Origin: a virus
Length of the DNA stretch: 64,000 bases
Virus record (IMG/VR): IMGVR_UViG_3300032307_000705
Coordinates: 1-64,000 of that record
Strand: one strand, 5' to 3'
Under the pieces are notes generated by a model that was not told where the DNA came from, ran no database searches, and saw nothing but the letters and a program-made list of their open reading frames with translations. Made by a program: the position numbers and the translations under genes. Each line of letters opens with the position of its first letter. The first letter of the stretch is position 1. Shown here one piece after another: positions 1 to 9,435 of the stretch.

Positions 1-2
1 CG

Positions 3-542
3 GGGTGGGCGAAAAGAATTGGAGAATTACAAACTGAAACCTATAAAAAACAATACGGGTGGGATAGGATATCAATAGTTAGACCTGCAAACGTTTATGG
101 ACCGTATGACAACTTTAATCCTGATAATGCGATGGTTGTACCTTCATTGATACGTAAAGCTCAGGAGAACGATGTTTTAGATGTTTTTGGAGATGGGTCT
201 CCAATTCGAGATTTTATTTATGCTGAAGATGTTGCAGAAGGTATGATTTTTACTGTTGAAAATAAAATCACTGAACCTGTTAACTTGGGTTCTGGAGAAG
301 GTAATTCAATTAAAGAACTTGTTGAATTAGTCATCAAATATTCAGGAAAAGATATTGATGTTAAGTGGTATACCGATGTACCGAGTGGAGATAAACAAAG
401 ATTGATGAGTATGAATAAGATGAACAAATATGGGTTCAAAAGTCATACTTCATTGGAAGAGGGTGTTAAAAAAACTACAGAGTGGTTTTTGAACAACAAA
501 GACATTTTAGATAAACGATATAATCCATTTGTGAACCATTGA
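3..542 (+). CDS. NAD-dependent epimerase/reductase, GDP-L-fucose synthase-like (5' truncated by window edge)
   Basis: Frame open from base 3 (GWAKRIGE...RPANVYGPYDNF...VVPSLIRK...GDGSPIRDFIY...VNLGSG), typical of Fcl/WcaG-type extended SDR. Confidence 0.8.
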   Translation, partial: GWAKRIGELQTETYKKQYGWDRISIVRPANVYGPYDNFNPDNAMVVPSLIRKAQENDVLDVFGDGSPIRDFIYAEDVAEGMIFTVENKITEPVNLGSGEGNSIKELVELVIKYSGKDIDVKWYTDVPSGDKQRLMSMNKMNKYGFKSHTSLEEGVKKTTEWFLNNKDILDKRYNPFVNH

Positions 543-543
543 T

Positions 544-1497
544 ATGAGTGAATTTTTCAAAGATAAAAAGGTTGTAGTAACTGGTGGATCCGGATTCATT
601 GGTACTCATTATTTAATTGAACTTGTCAAACAAGGTGCAAAAGTTATTACTCATACTCACAAATCTCCATTACAATATACGAATGAGAGTATCATTGTTC
701 ATGAAAATTTAGACCTAACAAAGTTAGAAGATTGTTTCAAACTTGTTGAAGGTTGTGATTATGTAATTCATTGTGCGGGACAAATTGCTCATCCTTCCAC
801 AGTACCAACTGATGTACAAATTTCATTGAAACAAATCCAAATAATTGGAAATGTGTTAGAAGCATCGTACAAATCAAAAGTAAAACGATTTTTAGACCTT
901 AACAGTTCTACAGGATATCCTGACATTAGAAGACCATTAACTGAAGATGAGTTTTGGGTCGATGAACCCTATAAATCTTATTATGGTTATGGATGGATGA
1001 GAAGATACAGAGAAAAATTAATGGAACATGTGTCACGATTAGGTGATATGGAAATCTGTATCGCAAGAGGTACTGCAATATTTGGGCCTTACGACAATTT
1101 TGATTTGAAAACGTGTCACGTTGTACCGGCATTAATAAAACGATTATTGAGTGGTGAAAATCCTTTTGTAGTGTGGGGGTCACCTGATGTTGTCAGAGAC
1201 TTTTTATATGTGAAAGATGTGGTCAAAGGTGGCCTTTTGATTCTTGAGAAAGGAGAACCCATGAGGCCTTATAATTTGGGGTATGGTGGAGGTATTACTA
1301 TTGGTGAAATTGTTGATACAATTATAGAAGTAAGTGAATTAAATCCTGATGTAATTTGGGACGATTCTAAGCCAACGACAATCCCTTTCAGAGCGGTGAG
1401 TACGGAAAGAATAAACACGGAACTCGGGTTTACTCCGGAATATTCTTTCAAAGAAGGAATAACTAAAACAATTCATTGGTTTAAGGGTCATGATTGA
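544..1497 (+). CDS. NAD-dependent epimerase/reductase, GDP-L-fucose synthase-like paralog
   Basis: VVVTGGSGFIG Rossmann motif, FGPYDNF..CHVVPALI, WGS..VRDFLYV; the catalytic YxxxK reads YGWMR. Confidence 0.8.
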   Translation: MSEFFKDKKVVVTGGSGFIGTHYLIELVKQGAKVITHTHKSPLQYTNESIIVHENLDLTKLEDCFKLVEGCDYVIHCAGQIAHPSTVPTDVQISLKQIQIIGNVLEASYKSKVKRFLDLNSSTGYPDIRRPLTEDEFWVDEPYKSYYGYGWMRRYREKLMEHVSRLGDMEICIARGTAIFGPYDNFDLKTCHVVPALIKRLLSGENPFVVWGSPDVVRDFLYVKDVVKGGLLILEKGEPMRPYNLGYGGGITIGEIVDTIIEVSELNPDVIWDDSKPTTIPFRAVSTERINTELGFTPEYSFKEGITKTIHWFKGHD

Positions 1498-2665
1498 TTA
1501 TAGGTTTCATAAAAGTGTTTTATTAATTAATCCCTCTGGAAGTTATACTGATATTAGAGAGATAAGTAATCTGATAGATGAAATAAAACCTGAGAGTCAT
1601 GCAATAGTTTGGCATCCTTGGGAAGCAGTCGACGAAAGATTTATAAGTTATCTAACTCACGATTATGTAAATAATCCAAATCATTCTGAAGATTTCCAAA
1701 ATTTTGAAGATACTTTGGTAAAAAATAATATTAAGTGTTACTTACTTGTTGGATGTGATTATAGTAACGCATATTCAAATATTAAAACAAATCCACTAAA
1801 AAACTTTGAAGTTTTATTTTGGCCTACAGTATTACTTCATTACACATTTTATGGAATGGTCAATTTTTATGGTAAAACCCCTTCGGAGTTATTTAATCAA
1901 TATAGACCAATTGATAAACTTTATCTGAACCTAAATAACCATGAAAGGAGCCATAGGGCTAAATTATTGGATTATTTATATAAATTCGAATTGTTCGATT
2001 ATGGGATAAATACGTGGCAACATTCTGATTTCGATACATGGCATTTCAAGTATTTCACACCAAGGAAGTTATCATTCGATGACTTTTATGATTTACCCGA
2101 CGATGCTCCTAAACGTGTATTTTCAGAAAAATTACTGAATGCTCCTAATTTAATTGATATTGTTACGGAAACTTACCCGTACCTTACGCACCATCATGAA
2201 TTTCCTGAATTGACTACAGAATTTATGTTTCATACTGAAAAAACATTTAGGAGTATTTTATTCGGTAAACCTTTTTTAGTATTGGGGGCTAAAGGCCAAA
2301 ATACCAATTTATATAAGTATAACTTTGGATTATATGGGGATATTTTTGATTATGAATTTGATAAGGCTAGTTTAATCTCTTCAAGATGTTTTGGGATAAT
2401 CGATAATCTGTACTCGATAAAAAACAAAAATTTTGGGGAAGTCCGAGATAGCGTGATGGGTTTATCACAGTCAAATATTGACACGGCGACGGGAATTGTT
2501 TATAATGATGAGTATATTCCAAATCAGTTAAAAACTATAATCAAAGAAAACAAAGATGAATATAAAATATTACTTCGGGACTTTGATAGTAATTATAATG
2601 GATCGTTTGGATTACCGGATAACTGGAGTTTAACTGAAAAAATTTTCAAAGAAATATATCAATGA
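1490..2665 (+). CDS. hypothetical protein, possible GT10-like glycosyltransferase
   Basis: LN..ERSHR and IVTET...HTEKTFRSIL.GKPFLVLG motif; paralog of 5362-6549. Confidence 0.45.
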   Translation: MIDYRFHKSVLLINPSGSYTDIREISNLIDEIKPESHAIVWHPWEAVDERFISYLTHDYVNNPNHSEDFQNFEDTLVKNNIKCYLLVGCDYSNAYSNIKTNPLKNFEVLFWPTVLLHYTFYGMVNFYGKTPSELFNQYRPIDKLYLNLNNHERSHRAKLLDYLYKFELFDYGINTWQHSDFDTWHFKYFTPRKLSFDDFYDLPDDAPKRVFSEKLLNAPNLIDIVTETYPYLTHHHEFPELTTEFMFHTEKTFRSILFGKPFLVLGAKGQNTNLYKYNFGLYGDIFDYEFDKASLISSRCFGIIDNLYSIKNKNFGEVRDSVMGLSQSNIDTATGIVYNDEYIPNQLKTIIKENKDEYKILLRDFDSNYNGSFGLPDNWSLTEKIFKEIYQ

Positions 2666-3669
2666 ATGTATTAATCACAGGTGTTTTAGGGATGGTCGGA
2701 TCTCATATGGTTGATTTTCTTTTGGAAAAACCAAATGTAAAAATATATGGATTTTGTCGATGGAATGAGTCTATGGATAACATAGAACATTTGACAGATA
2801 TTATTAATACTGGTGATAGAATTAAATTAATCTATGGAGATTTGAATGACTTTAGTTCTATTGTTAACGCGATTGATATATCTAAACCCGATTATGTTTT
2901 TCATCTTGGGGCTCAATCCTATCCCCAAACCAGTTTTGATTCTCCAATCGAAACATTACAAACAAATATAATTGGTACTGCAAATTTATTAGAAGCTCTT
3001 AGAAAATCTCAGTATAAAGATGCTTTCATACATGTATGTGCGTCAAGTGAGATTTTTGGTAGGGTTAGTAAAGATAAATTACCTATCAATGAAGAATGTT
3101 CATTACATCCCGCCTCACCCTATGCAATATCTAAGGTGGGTACCGATTTGATTGGTCGGTATTATGGGGAGGCTTATAGTATGAAGGTGATGACAACTAG
3201 AATGTTTACACATACAGGTCCAAGGAGAGGAGATGTATTTCATGAATCTACATTTGCAAAACAAATTGCGATGATAGAATATGGGTTACAAGAACCAAAA
3301 ATATTTGTGGGTAATTTGGACTCACTTAGGACATACGCCGATGTTAGGGATGCTGTCAGAGCATATTGGATGTTATTAAATATTAATCCATCTGCTGGTG
3401 CATATTATAATATTGGTGGGTCTTATACTTGTAAAGTTGGTGATACGTTGAATTATCTATTATCAAAATCTACGGTTAAGAATATAGAAGTAGTAGTTGA
3501 CCAAAATAGATTACGGCCCATAGATGCGGATTTACAAATACCTGATACAACTAAATTCAGAGAAATGACTGGGTGGGAGCCCAAAATAGACTTCAATCAA
3601 ACAATGGATGACCTATTAGAATATTGGAGAGAAAGAATAAATAAAGGACGAAAATTTTTGAACAGATAA
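2662..3669 (+). CDS. gmd: GDP-mannose 4,6-dehydratase
   Basis: LITGVLGMVGSH, HLGAQS..SF, ASSEIFG, P.SPYAISK, GNLDS.R...DVRD.VRAYW, LRPID. Confidence 0.85.
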   Translation: MNVLITGVLGMVGSHMVDFLLEKPNVKIYGFCRWNESMDNIEHLTDIINTGDRIKLIYGDLNDFSSIVNAIDISKPDYVFHLGAQSYPQTSFDSPIETLQTNIIGTANLLEALRKSQYKDAFIHVCASSEIFGRVSKDKLPINEECSLHPASPYAISKVGTDLIGRYYGEAYSMKVMTTRMFTHTGPRRGDVFHESTFAKQIAMIEYGLQEPKIFVGNLDSLRTYADVRDAVRAYWMLLNINPSAGAYYNIGGSYTCKVGDTLNYLLSKSTVKNIEVVVDQNRLRPIDADLQIPDTTKFREMTGWEPKIDFNQTMDDLLEYWRERINKGRKFLNR

Positions 3670-3670
3670 T

Positions 3671-4078
3671 ATGGAGAAGAGAAAATACTTGCCAACACTT
3701 GCCGAGTTAATTGATAGACTCAGTATTTCACAATTAAAAGAAGTTTTTATTCCCGAACACAAAGAGGAATATGCTCAAGAAATTAGAGACATCGAACACG
3801 ACATTGATTTGATTCTTAAAGAACATAATGGTGTTATTGACGCAAAGACCGTGAGGTCTATTGTTGTTTTAGCCCAAACAAACTTACACATTTGGCACAA
3901 CGAGTCCAACTATCGTAAGGGAATCAAAGAAGGTAATAATTTGGAGTTGACACACGGATTAAACGGAGTTCGTAATACCGCAAAAAATAGAATACAAGAA
4001 ATTGTAGGTGGTAGAAAAGACTATAAAACTGATTGTTTGGCTGCGGAGTTTAAGGATTGGGGTATCAGTTGGGAGTAA
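3671..4078 (+). CDS. hypothetical protein (DUF6165-like helical protein)
   Basis: [14 protein letters not shown]-terminus, N..IW..E, N..R..AKN.I. Confidence 0.5.
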   Translation: MEKRKYLPTLAELIDRLSISQLKEVFIPEHKEEYAQEIRDIEHDIDLILKEHNGVIDAKTVRSIVVLAQTNLHIWHNESNYRKGIKEGNNLELTHGLNGVRNTAKNRIQEIVGGRKDYKTDCLAAEFKDWGISWE

Positions 4079-4088
4079 ACTAAGTAAT

Positions 4089-4700
4089 ATGTTAGATAGA
4101 GTTACACAGGAATTGAACGAACAGGGATATTCTGTAATCGATAATTTTTTGCCCAATGATTATGCGAATAATTTACATGAGTTATTTGTTAATGCGAGCA
4201 CGTGGGAAAAAAACTTACAGAAAAGAGAAAACCATTATTCACACGTATTCAAAACCGAGTCACCCACACTACCAAATGAAACAGAAGTTTATACTTCAAG
4301 TTTTAGTAGGTCTTCTGATTTAGAGAAAGATGATTACATATCGAAAATATTCGAAGATTACTTTGTTGATACCCTTGAAAAAGTATCACCATTTATCTTG
4401 AATCAATTTGACATTAGATGTTATAAACTTGATAGTGGTGACCATTACAGGATGCATATGGACGACTACGCAGGAAAAATTAATTTAATCTATTATGTAA
4501 ACAAAGAATGGATTTGGGACTGGGGTGGTATTCTTAACATTTGTTCTGAGGTAGATGAAGAGTTTAATCAACAAATTTTCCCTAAATTCAATAGAGTTGT
4601 ACTCTTGAATAATAAAGTTTTCAGACAACCACACTTTGTTAGCACTGTCCAAGATTATGCTAAAACACCAAGATTCAGTATAGTATCATTTAATAAGTAA
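4089..4700 (+). CDS. 2OG-Fe(II) oxygenase (prolyl-4-hydroxylase-like)
   Basis: HMD, NLIYYVN..W..DWGG.L, PKFNR.V, H, PRFSI; start moved to ATG 4089 to avoid overlap. Confidence 0.8.
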   Translation: MLDRVTQELNEQGYSVIDNFLPNDYANNLHELFVNASTWEKNLQKRENHYSHVFKTESPTLPNETEVYTSSFSRSSDLEKDDYISKIFEDYFVDTLEKVSPFILNQFDIRCYKLDSGDHYRMHMDDYAGKINLIYYVNKEWIWDWGGILNICSEVDEEFNQQIFPKFNRVVLLNNKVFRQPHFVSTVQDYAKTPRFSIVSFNK

Positions 4701-4722
4701 TTTCAAAATTCTTCAGAATACC

Positions 4723-5352
4723 ATGATAAAAAATTTAGAACAGTATCCAATAGTTAGAGAACACAACTGGAATGAAGAAGAACTTATTCATTTTGAAAAT
4801 AAAATAGTTGAAAGTTGGGAAACTGGTAAAATACGAGGTCCTGTTCATTTAAGTGGAGGTAATGAAAAACATCTTATTGAAATCTTCAAAAGAATTTCAG
4901 AGAATGATTGGGTATTTTCAACATGGAGGTCTCATTATCATGCTTTACTTAAAGGAGTATCACCTGATTGGTTAGAATCAGAAATTTTGGATGGAAGATC
5001 CATTAGTATCATTAATAGAGAAAAAAAATTTTATAGTTCTGCGATTGTTGGTGGAATAATTCCAATTGCGACTGGTGTTGCAATGTCCAATAAACGAGAT
5101 AATAAGAATGATATCGTTTGGTGTTTCATTGGGGACATGACTTTTGAGACAGGTACTTTTATGGAAAACTACAAATATATAAAAAACTTTGAGTTACCTG
5201 TTAGATTTGTTGTTGAAGATAATGGAGTTTCTACAAATACCCCAACAATCGAGACATGGGGTAAAAAATTAGAGGTCCCGAATGATGTGGTTTATTACGA
5301 ATATGAAAAACATTGGCCTCATTATGGAACAGGTAAGTGGGTTGTATTTTAA
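4723..5352 (+). CDS. TPP-dependent enzyme, E1 alpha-like subunit
   Basis: GPVHLSGGNE, STWRSHYHAL.KG, IVGG.IP.A.G.A, TPP motif GD...E..N...FVVEDN. Confidence 0.85.
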   Translation: MIKNLEQYPIVREHNWNEEELIHFENKIVESWETGKIRGPVHLSGGNEKHLIEIFKRISENDWVFSTWRSHYHALLKGVSPDWLESEILDGRSISIINREKKFYSSAIVGGIIPIATGVAMSNKRDNKNDIVWCFIGDMTFETGTFMENYKYIKNFELPVRFVVEDNGVSTNTPTIETWGKKLEVPNDVVYYEYEKHWPHYGTGKWVVF

Positions 5353-5361
5353 TTGAAGATT

Positions 5362-6549
5362 ATGAAGTATTTTAATTTATTGTTTGATAGTAATATCGAA
5401 AACGAAAAGGAACATATTTTTAACACTTTGACTGCTAACAAAGTTGACGAGATTAAAATGATTGATATTAATAATTTTGAGATTGACTCCGAACAAAAAT
5501 ATTATTCATTTACAATAACAGGAACTTATATGGAAAATTTCCAATCACTTCCTGCGTCCTCAAAAGTAAAAGAGTTAATGAAATCGTACTCCAATTGCTT
5601 TCTTGTTATTTTAGCGGAACATGAGTCCGACAATGGAAACGTAATAAAACTTATTGAAAAATATTGTAATGAAGAATCGATTAATTCGAATCAGGTAATT
5701 GCAATCAATGGAAATCAGAAAATAAAAAAATTAATCAATGAGTTAGATAGTAAAGTTGTTGGACATACTTCAAATAGGTTACCTTATGTGGCGGTCGAAG
5801 GAATGACCTCATTCAAGTACGAATTTCAAAAAGACAAAGAATCATTTTTTATGTGCTATAACAGAATGTTAAAACCACATAGAGTGTCTCTGTTGGCGTT
5901 ACTGAAAAGAGAAGGGATATTAGATGAAGTTGATTGGACAATGTTACGTGGTAATGAATTGAATGAACGATTCTCCGATCCAGATGGAACACCATCATTC
6001 AATTTATTTTTTGAAGTTTTTGATAGAGACGACTTCAAAGAATATTATAATGAAATATTATTTCTTCAAAAATCAGGGGTTAAAAAAAGTAGGTTTGAAG
6101 AAGAATATAGAGTTGACCAACCACCTTACTTCATTGACTTTTATAAAACATATGAAATGAATCCTTATAGAAATTCATATGTTAATATTGTTACCGAAAC
6201 TGGTTACATATCCACAGATGTAATTCATATTACGGAAAAATCATTGATGCCAATTTATTATTCTCAAATTCCTTTGATATTGGCTAATTTTGAACATAAT
6301 AAGTTCTTGAAAGAAAGATATGATTTTGATTTGTTTGAGGATATTATTGATTATTCTTATGACAATGAAAAAGACCCGAGAAAACGGATTTTTATGTTTG
6401 TTGATGAAGTGAAAAGATTAAATTCTATCAAAGACGAAATAATTAATTTTTATAAAAATAATCAGGAAAGATTTGAACTTAATAAGAAAAAAGTTACAAG
6501 TATATTACAAGATGATACCGATTACAAGTTTTTCAAAAGTTTAATATAA
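5362..6549 (+). CDS. hypothetical protein, possible GT10-like glycosyltransferase
   Basis: CYNR..KPHR, VNIVTET...ITEKS..PI....P, FDLF.DIIDYSYD; paralog of 1490-2665; ends KSLI. Confidence 0.45.
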   Translation: MKYFNLLFDSNIENEKEHIFNTLTANKVDEIKMIDINNFEIDSEQKYYSFTITGTYMENFQSLPASSKVKELMKSYSNCFLVILAEHESDNGNVIKLIEKYCNEESINSNQVIAINGNQKIKKLINELDSKVVGHTSNRLPYVAVEGMTSFKYEFQKDKESFFMCYNRMLKPHRVSLLALLKREGILDEVDWTMLRGNELNERFSDPDGTPSFNLFFEVFDRDDFKEYYNEILFLQKSGVKKSRFEEEYRVDQPPYFIDFYKTYEMNPYRNSYVNIVTETGYISTDVIHITEKSLMPIYYSQIPLILANFEHNKFLKERYDFDLFEDIIDYSYDNEKDPRKRIFMFVDEVKRLNSIKDEIINFYKNNQERFELNKKKVTSILQDDTDYKFFKSLI

Positions 6550-7076
6550 TGGAATACAAAGATTCATTAACAATCGCAATGACAAAGTTAGGAAAAATGG
6601 ATAATACTATTTTTCTTGGGCAACAGATATTATTTCCGGGAAACCCGATGAGTTCAACTTTGGTCGATGTTCCAAAAGAAAAAATGATTGAATTACCGGT
6701 GATGGAAGATTCTCAAATGGGAATGTCTTTGGGTATGGCAATGACAGGGAAATTTGTGATTACATTTTATCCGAGATGGGACTTTTTGATTTGCGCTGCT
6801 AATCAATTAATAAACCATGTTGATAAGATGGAATTAATGAGTAATGGTCAGTGGAAACCAAATATGATTATTAGAGTCGGTAAAGGATCGGAAATACCTT
6901 TGAATCCAGGCCCTCAACACAGAAATAATTATTTCAAAGAGTTTCAGTCAATAACTCACACAATAAAATTCTTTGATTGTTTGACTGCGGATGATGTTAA
7001 AACCGCTTATGGCCACGCAATAAATGAGGGAGGGATAACCTTAATTAATGAATATCCCGAAAAATACAATTCATAA
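6549..7076 (+). CDS. TPP-dependent enzyme, E1 beta/transketolase pyrimidine-binding subunit (no C-terminal domain)
   Basis: IELPVMEDSQMG.S.G.A..G, DFL..A.NQL.N, GPQH. Confidence 0.8.
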   Translation: MEYKDSLTIAMTKLGKMDNTIFLGQQILFPGNPMSSTLVDVPKEKMIELPVMEDSQMGMSLGMAMTGKFVITFYPRWDFLICAANQLINHVDKMELMSNGQWKPNMIIRVGKGSEIPLNPGPQHRNNYFKEFQSITHTIKFFDCLTADDVKTAYGHAINEGGITLINEYPEKYNS

Positions 7077-8743
7077 TGTACGTACTTGGCATTTCATCTT
7101 TTTATCACGATTCATCCGCCTGTCTATTCAAAGACGGGGAGTTGGTGTTTGCTTGTGAAGAGGAAAAATTTACGGGAATTAAACATGATAGTTCTTTTCC
7201 AATTAATACAATTGAATACATCTTTAGTCATTATAGTATAACTTATGATGATATTGAAATGGTGTGTTATTATGAGGACCTCAATCTGAAACTAAAAAGA
7301 GTATTGAGTAACATCAAGAAAAACTTTTTTAGATCACCAAAATATTCTTTGAAATCTTTAGTTAAAATCTTGAAAAATATCTCAGATGTAAATAAACATT
7401 TGAGACCATTTAAGGGAAGAGTATTTTACTCCGAACACCATTTGGCTCATCAGTATTATTCTTTTTTCACTTCCGATTTTGAAAGGGCTATCTGTTTGTC
7501 TATTGATGGTGTTGGTGAAATTGATACCTTGTCTTTTGGGTTAGCGGATGATGATGGAATTGAATATCATGATTTGGGGAAATATCCACATTCATTAGGT
7601 CTTTATTATTCTACAATGACTTCTTATTTGGGGTTCAAACCAAATGAGGGGGAATATAAATTAATGGGATTAGCATCATACGGAGACCCGCAAGAGTATA
7701 TTGAAAAAGTTAGAAGTTTAATAGAATTCAAAGAGGGAGAATTAATCTGTGATATGAATGTTTTTTGTTGGGATAAGTCAGAAAAATTGATGTTCAACGA
7801 AAAACTAATAGAGCATTTAGGGATTTCACCAAGATTAACTGAAGAAGAAATTACTACAATTCATCAAAATTTAGCAGCGGCAGTTCAACTAAGATACGAA
7901 GAAGTTTTATTCGATATTATCAGAAGTTTGAAAAATCTTGGTAGTAATAATCTATGCTTAGGAGGTGGTTCGGCATATAATGGTACTGCGAATGGGAAGA
8001 TAGTATCCAATTCGGATTTTGAAAAAATTTGGATACCAGTTGCTCCATCTGACGCTGGATCCTGTGTTGGCGCTTGTATTCATTACCTTGTACAAAATAA
8101 AAAATTAACAAAAAGAGTTACCAAGAATCCTTTTTTGGGACCAAAGTACGATGTTGAATTTTATTTGGGTCACATTAAAAATTTGAACTTTTTTGAAATT
8201 CACGATTACAATAGATTAATAAAATACGTTGCAGAAAAAATACATGAGGGTAAAGTAGTTGGGTGGTATAGAGATAGAATCGAATTCGGAGCAAGAGCAT
8301 TAGGACATAGGTCTATTTTAGCCGACCCTACAGTTCCTGATATGAAATCCAGAATTAATAGATTGATTAAGAAAAGAGAAGGATTTCGTCCTTTTGCTCC
8401 TATGGTCACGAAAGAAAAACAACATAAGTTTTTTCATACGATTGATGATGTTCCATACATGAATCAAATTGTTAAAGTTAGAGAAGAATATGTTGATAAA
8501 TTATTAGCGGTTGTTCATGTGGACGGAACCTCAAGGATTCAAACTGTCTATAAAAATACTGTTATTCACGATTTATTAACTGAGTTTGAAAAACTAAGCG
8601 GATACCCAATTATATTGAATACATCCTTTAACATCAAAGATAAAACAATGGTACTGACTCCGTGTGATGCGATAGAAACCTTCAAGGACACTGACTTAGA
8701 TCTGTTAGTTTTGGATAATTATATAATACACAAAATACTATGA
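7076..8743 (+). CDS. O-carbamoyltransferase (NodU/CmcH family)
   Basis: LGIS..YHDSSA, EEEKFT.IKH, HH.AH, DGVGE, GEYKLMGLASYG, EFGARALGHRS, RE.FRPFAP, HVDGTSRIQT, LNTSFN. Confidence 0.92.
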   Translation: MYVLGISSFYHDSSACLFKDGELVFACEEEKFTGIKHDSSFPINTIEYIFSHYSITYDDIEMVCYYEDLNLKLKRVLSNIKKNFFRSPKYSLKSLVKILKNISDVNKHLRPFKGRVFYSEHHLAHQYYSFFTSDFERAICLSIDGVGEIDTLSFGLADDDGIEYHDLGKYPHSLGLYYSTMTSYLGFKPNEGEYKLMGLASYGDPQEYIEKVRSLIEFKEGELICDMNVFCWDKSEKLMFNEKLIEHLGISPRLTEEEITTIHQNLAAAVQLRYEEVLFDIIRSLKNLGSNNLCLGGGSAYNGTANGKIVSNSDFEKIWIPVAPSDAGSCVGACIHYLVQNKKLTKRVTKNPFLGPKYDVEFYLGHIKNLNFFEIHDYNRLIKYVAEKIHEGKVVGWYRDRIEFGARALGHRSILADPTVPDMKSRINRLIKKREGFRPFAPMVTKEKQHKFFHTIDDVPYMNQIVKVREEYVDKLLAVVHVDGTSRIQTVYKNTVIHDLLTEFEKLSGYPIILNTSFNIKDKTMVLTPCDAIETFKDTDLDLLVLDNYIIHKIL

Positions 8744-8856
8744 AAACAATTATTGATTGGTTTTTGAAAAAAATCAAAGATCGCAAACGGAAAAAAGAAT
8801 TAAAGAAGAAAATCGAAGAGTTGAAAAAAAGAGATCCTTTTATTTACAACCATTAA
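8740..8856 (+). CDS. 38-aa basic micro-protein ending RDPFIYNH
   Basis: Translated by hand: MKTIIDWFLKKIKDRKRKKELKKKIEELKKRDPFIYNH; ATGA overlap with the carbamoyltransferase stop. Confidence 0.6.
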   Translation: MKTIIDWFLKKIKDRKRKKELKKKIEELKKRDPFIYNH

Positions 8857-8884
8857 ATTTGATTATTAGATAATATGAATTTAT

Positions 8885-9379
8885 ATGGGAGTAATTAGAT
8901 TTACAACTGATGAATGTGCTAAAATTATTTCACTGTCAAATGTTTTTGAAAAACATTTATCAAGTGAATGGTGGGAGGGTAATCAGACCATATATTCAGC
9001 ATGGCATTTAGAAAGGAATGAAATGACTGAGTGGATTTTCGAAAGATTATTAACTTATCTCGAACAAAATACAAATATAGTCTTAAAACAACCTCTAAGT
9101 TTGATTCATTTACAAAATGTTCAAACTGGAAACAAGTTTGAACCTCATATAGATAAAAGGAGTGAATATAACGTAGGGGTTTGCCTTAATGATGATTACG
9201 GAGGTGGGGAACTCATATGTTATGAACCAAAAATTATCTTACCTAAAATTACTGGAAGTATATATACATTCTACGGTACTAAGGTTCATGAAGTTAAAGA
9301 AGTAACCTATGGAGAAAGATGGTCTTTAATCGCGTTTTTCGATAAAAATACGATTGATAGAAAGAAAAATTCAATATAG
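8885..9379 (+). CDS. 2OG-Fe(II) oxygenase
   Basis: F.PHID, LNDDY.GGEL, HEVKEVT.GERWSL. Confidence 0.85.
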   Translation: MGVIRFTTDECAKIISLSNVFEKHLSSEWWEGNQTIYSAWHLERNEMTEWIFERLLTYLEQNTNIVLKQPLSLIHLQNVQTGNKFEPHIDKRSEYNVGVCLNDDYGGGELICYEPKIILPKITGSIYTFYGTKVHEVKEVTYGERWSLIAFFDKNTIDRKKNSI

Positions 9380-9410
9380 ATAAATGCACTATGTATAAAA
9401 ATTTTTTCTA

Positions 9411-9418
9411 TATTTATA
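9411..9418 (+). promoter_or_regulatory. putative late promoter TATTTATA
   Basis: Recurrent intergenic motif, 17 nt before the ATG at 9436. Confidence 0.5.
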
Positions 9419-9435
9419 ATTGAACAAAAAATATT

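Noticed and set aside
4723-7076. Pyruvate dehydrogenase auxiliary metabolic genes
   Set aside because: Both subunits are truncated, E2/E3 are absent, and the context is nucleotide-sugar synthesis.
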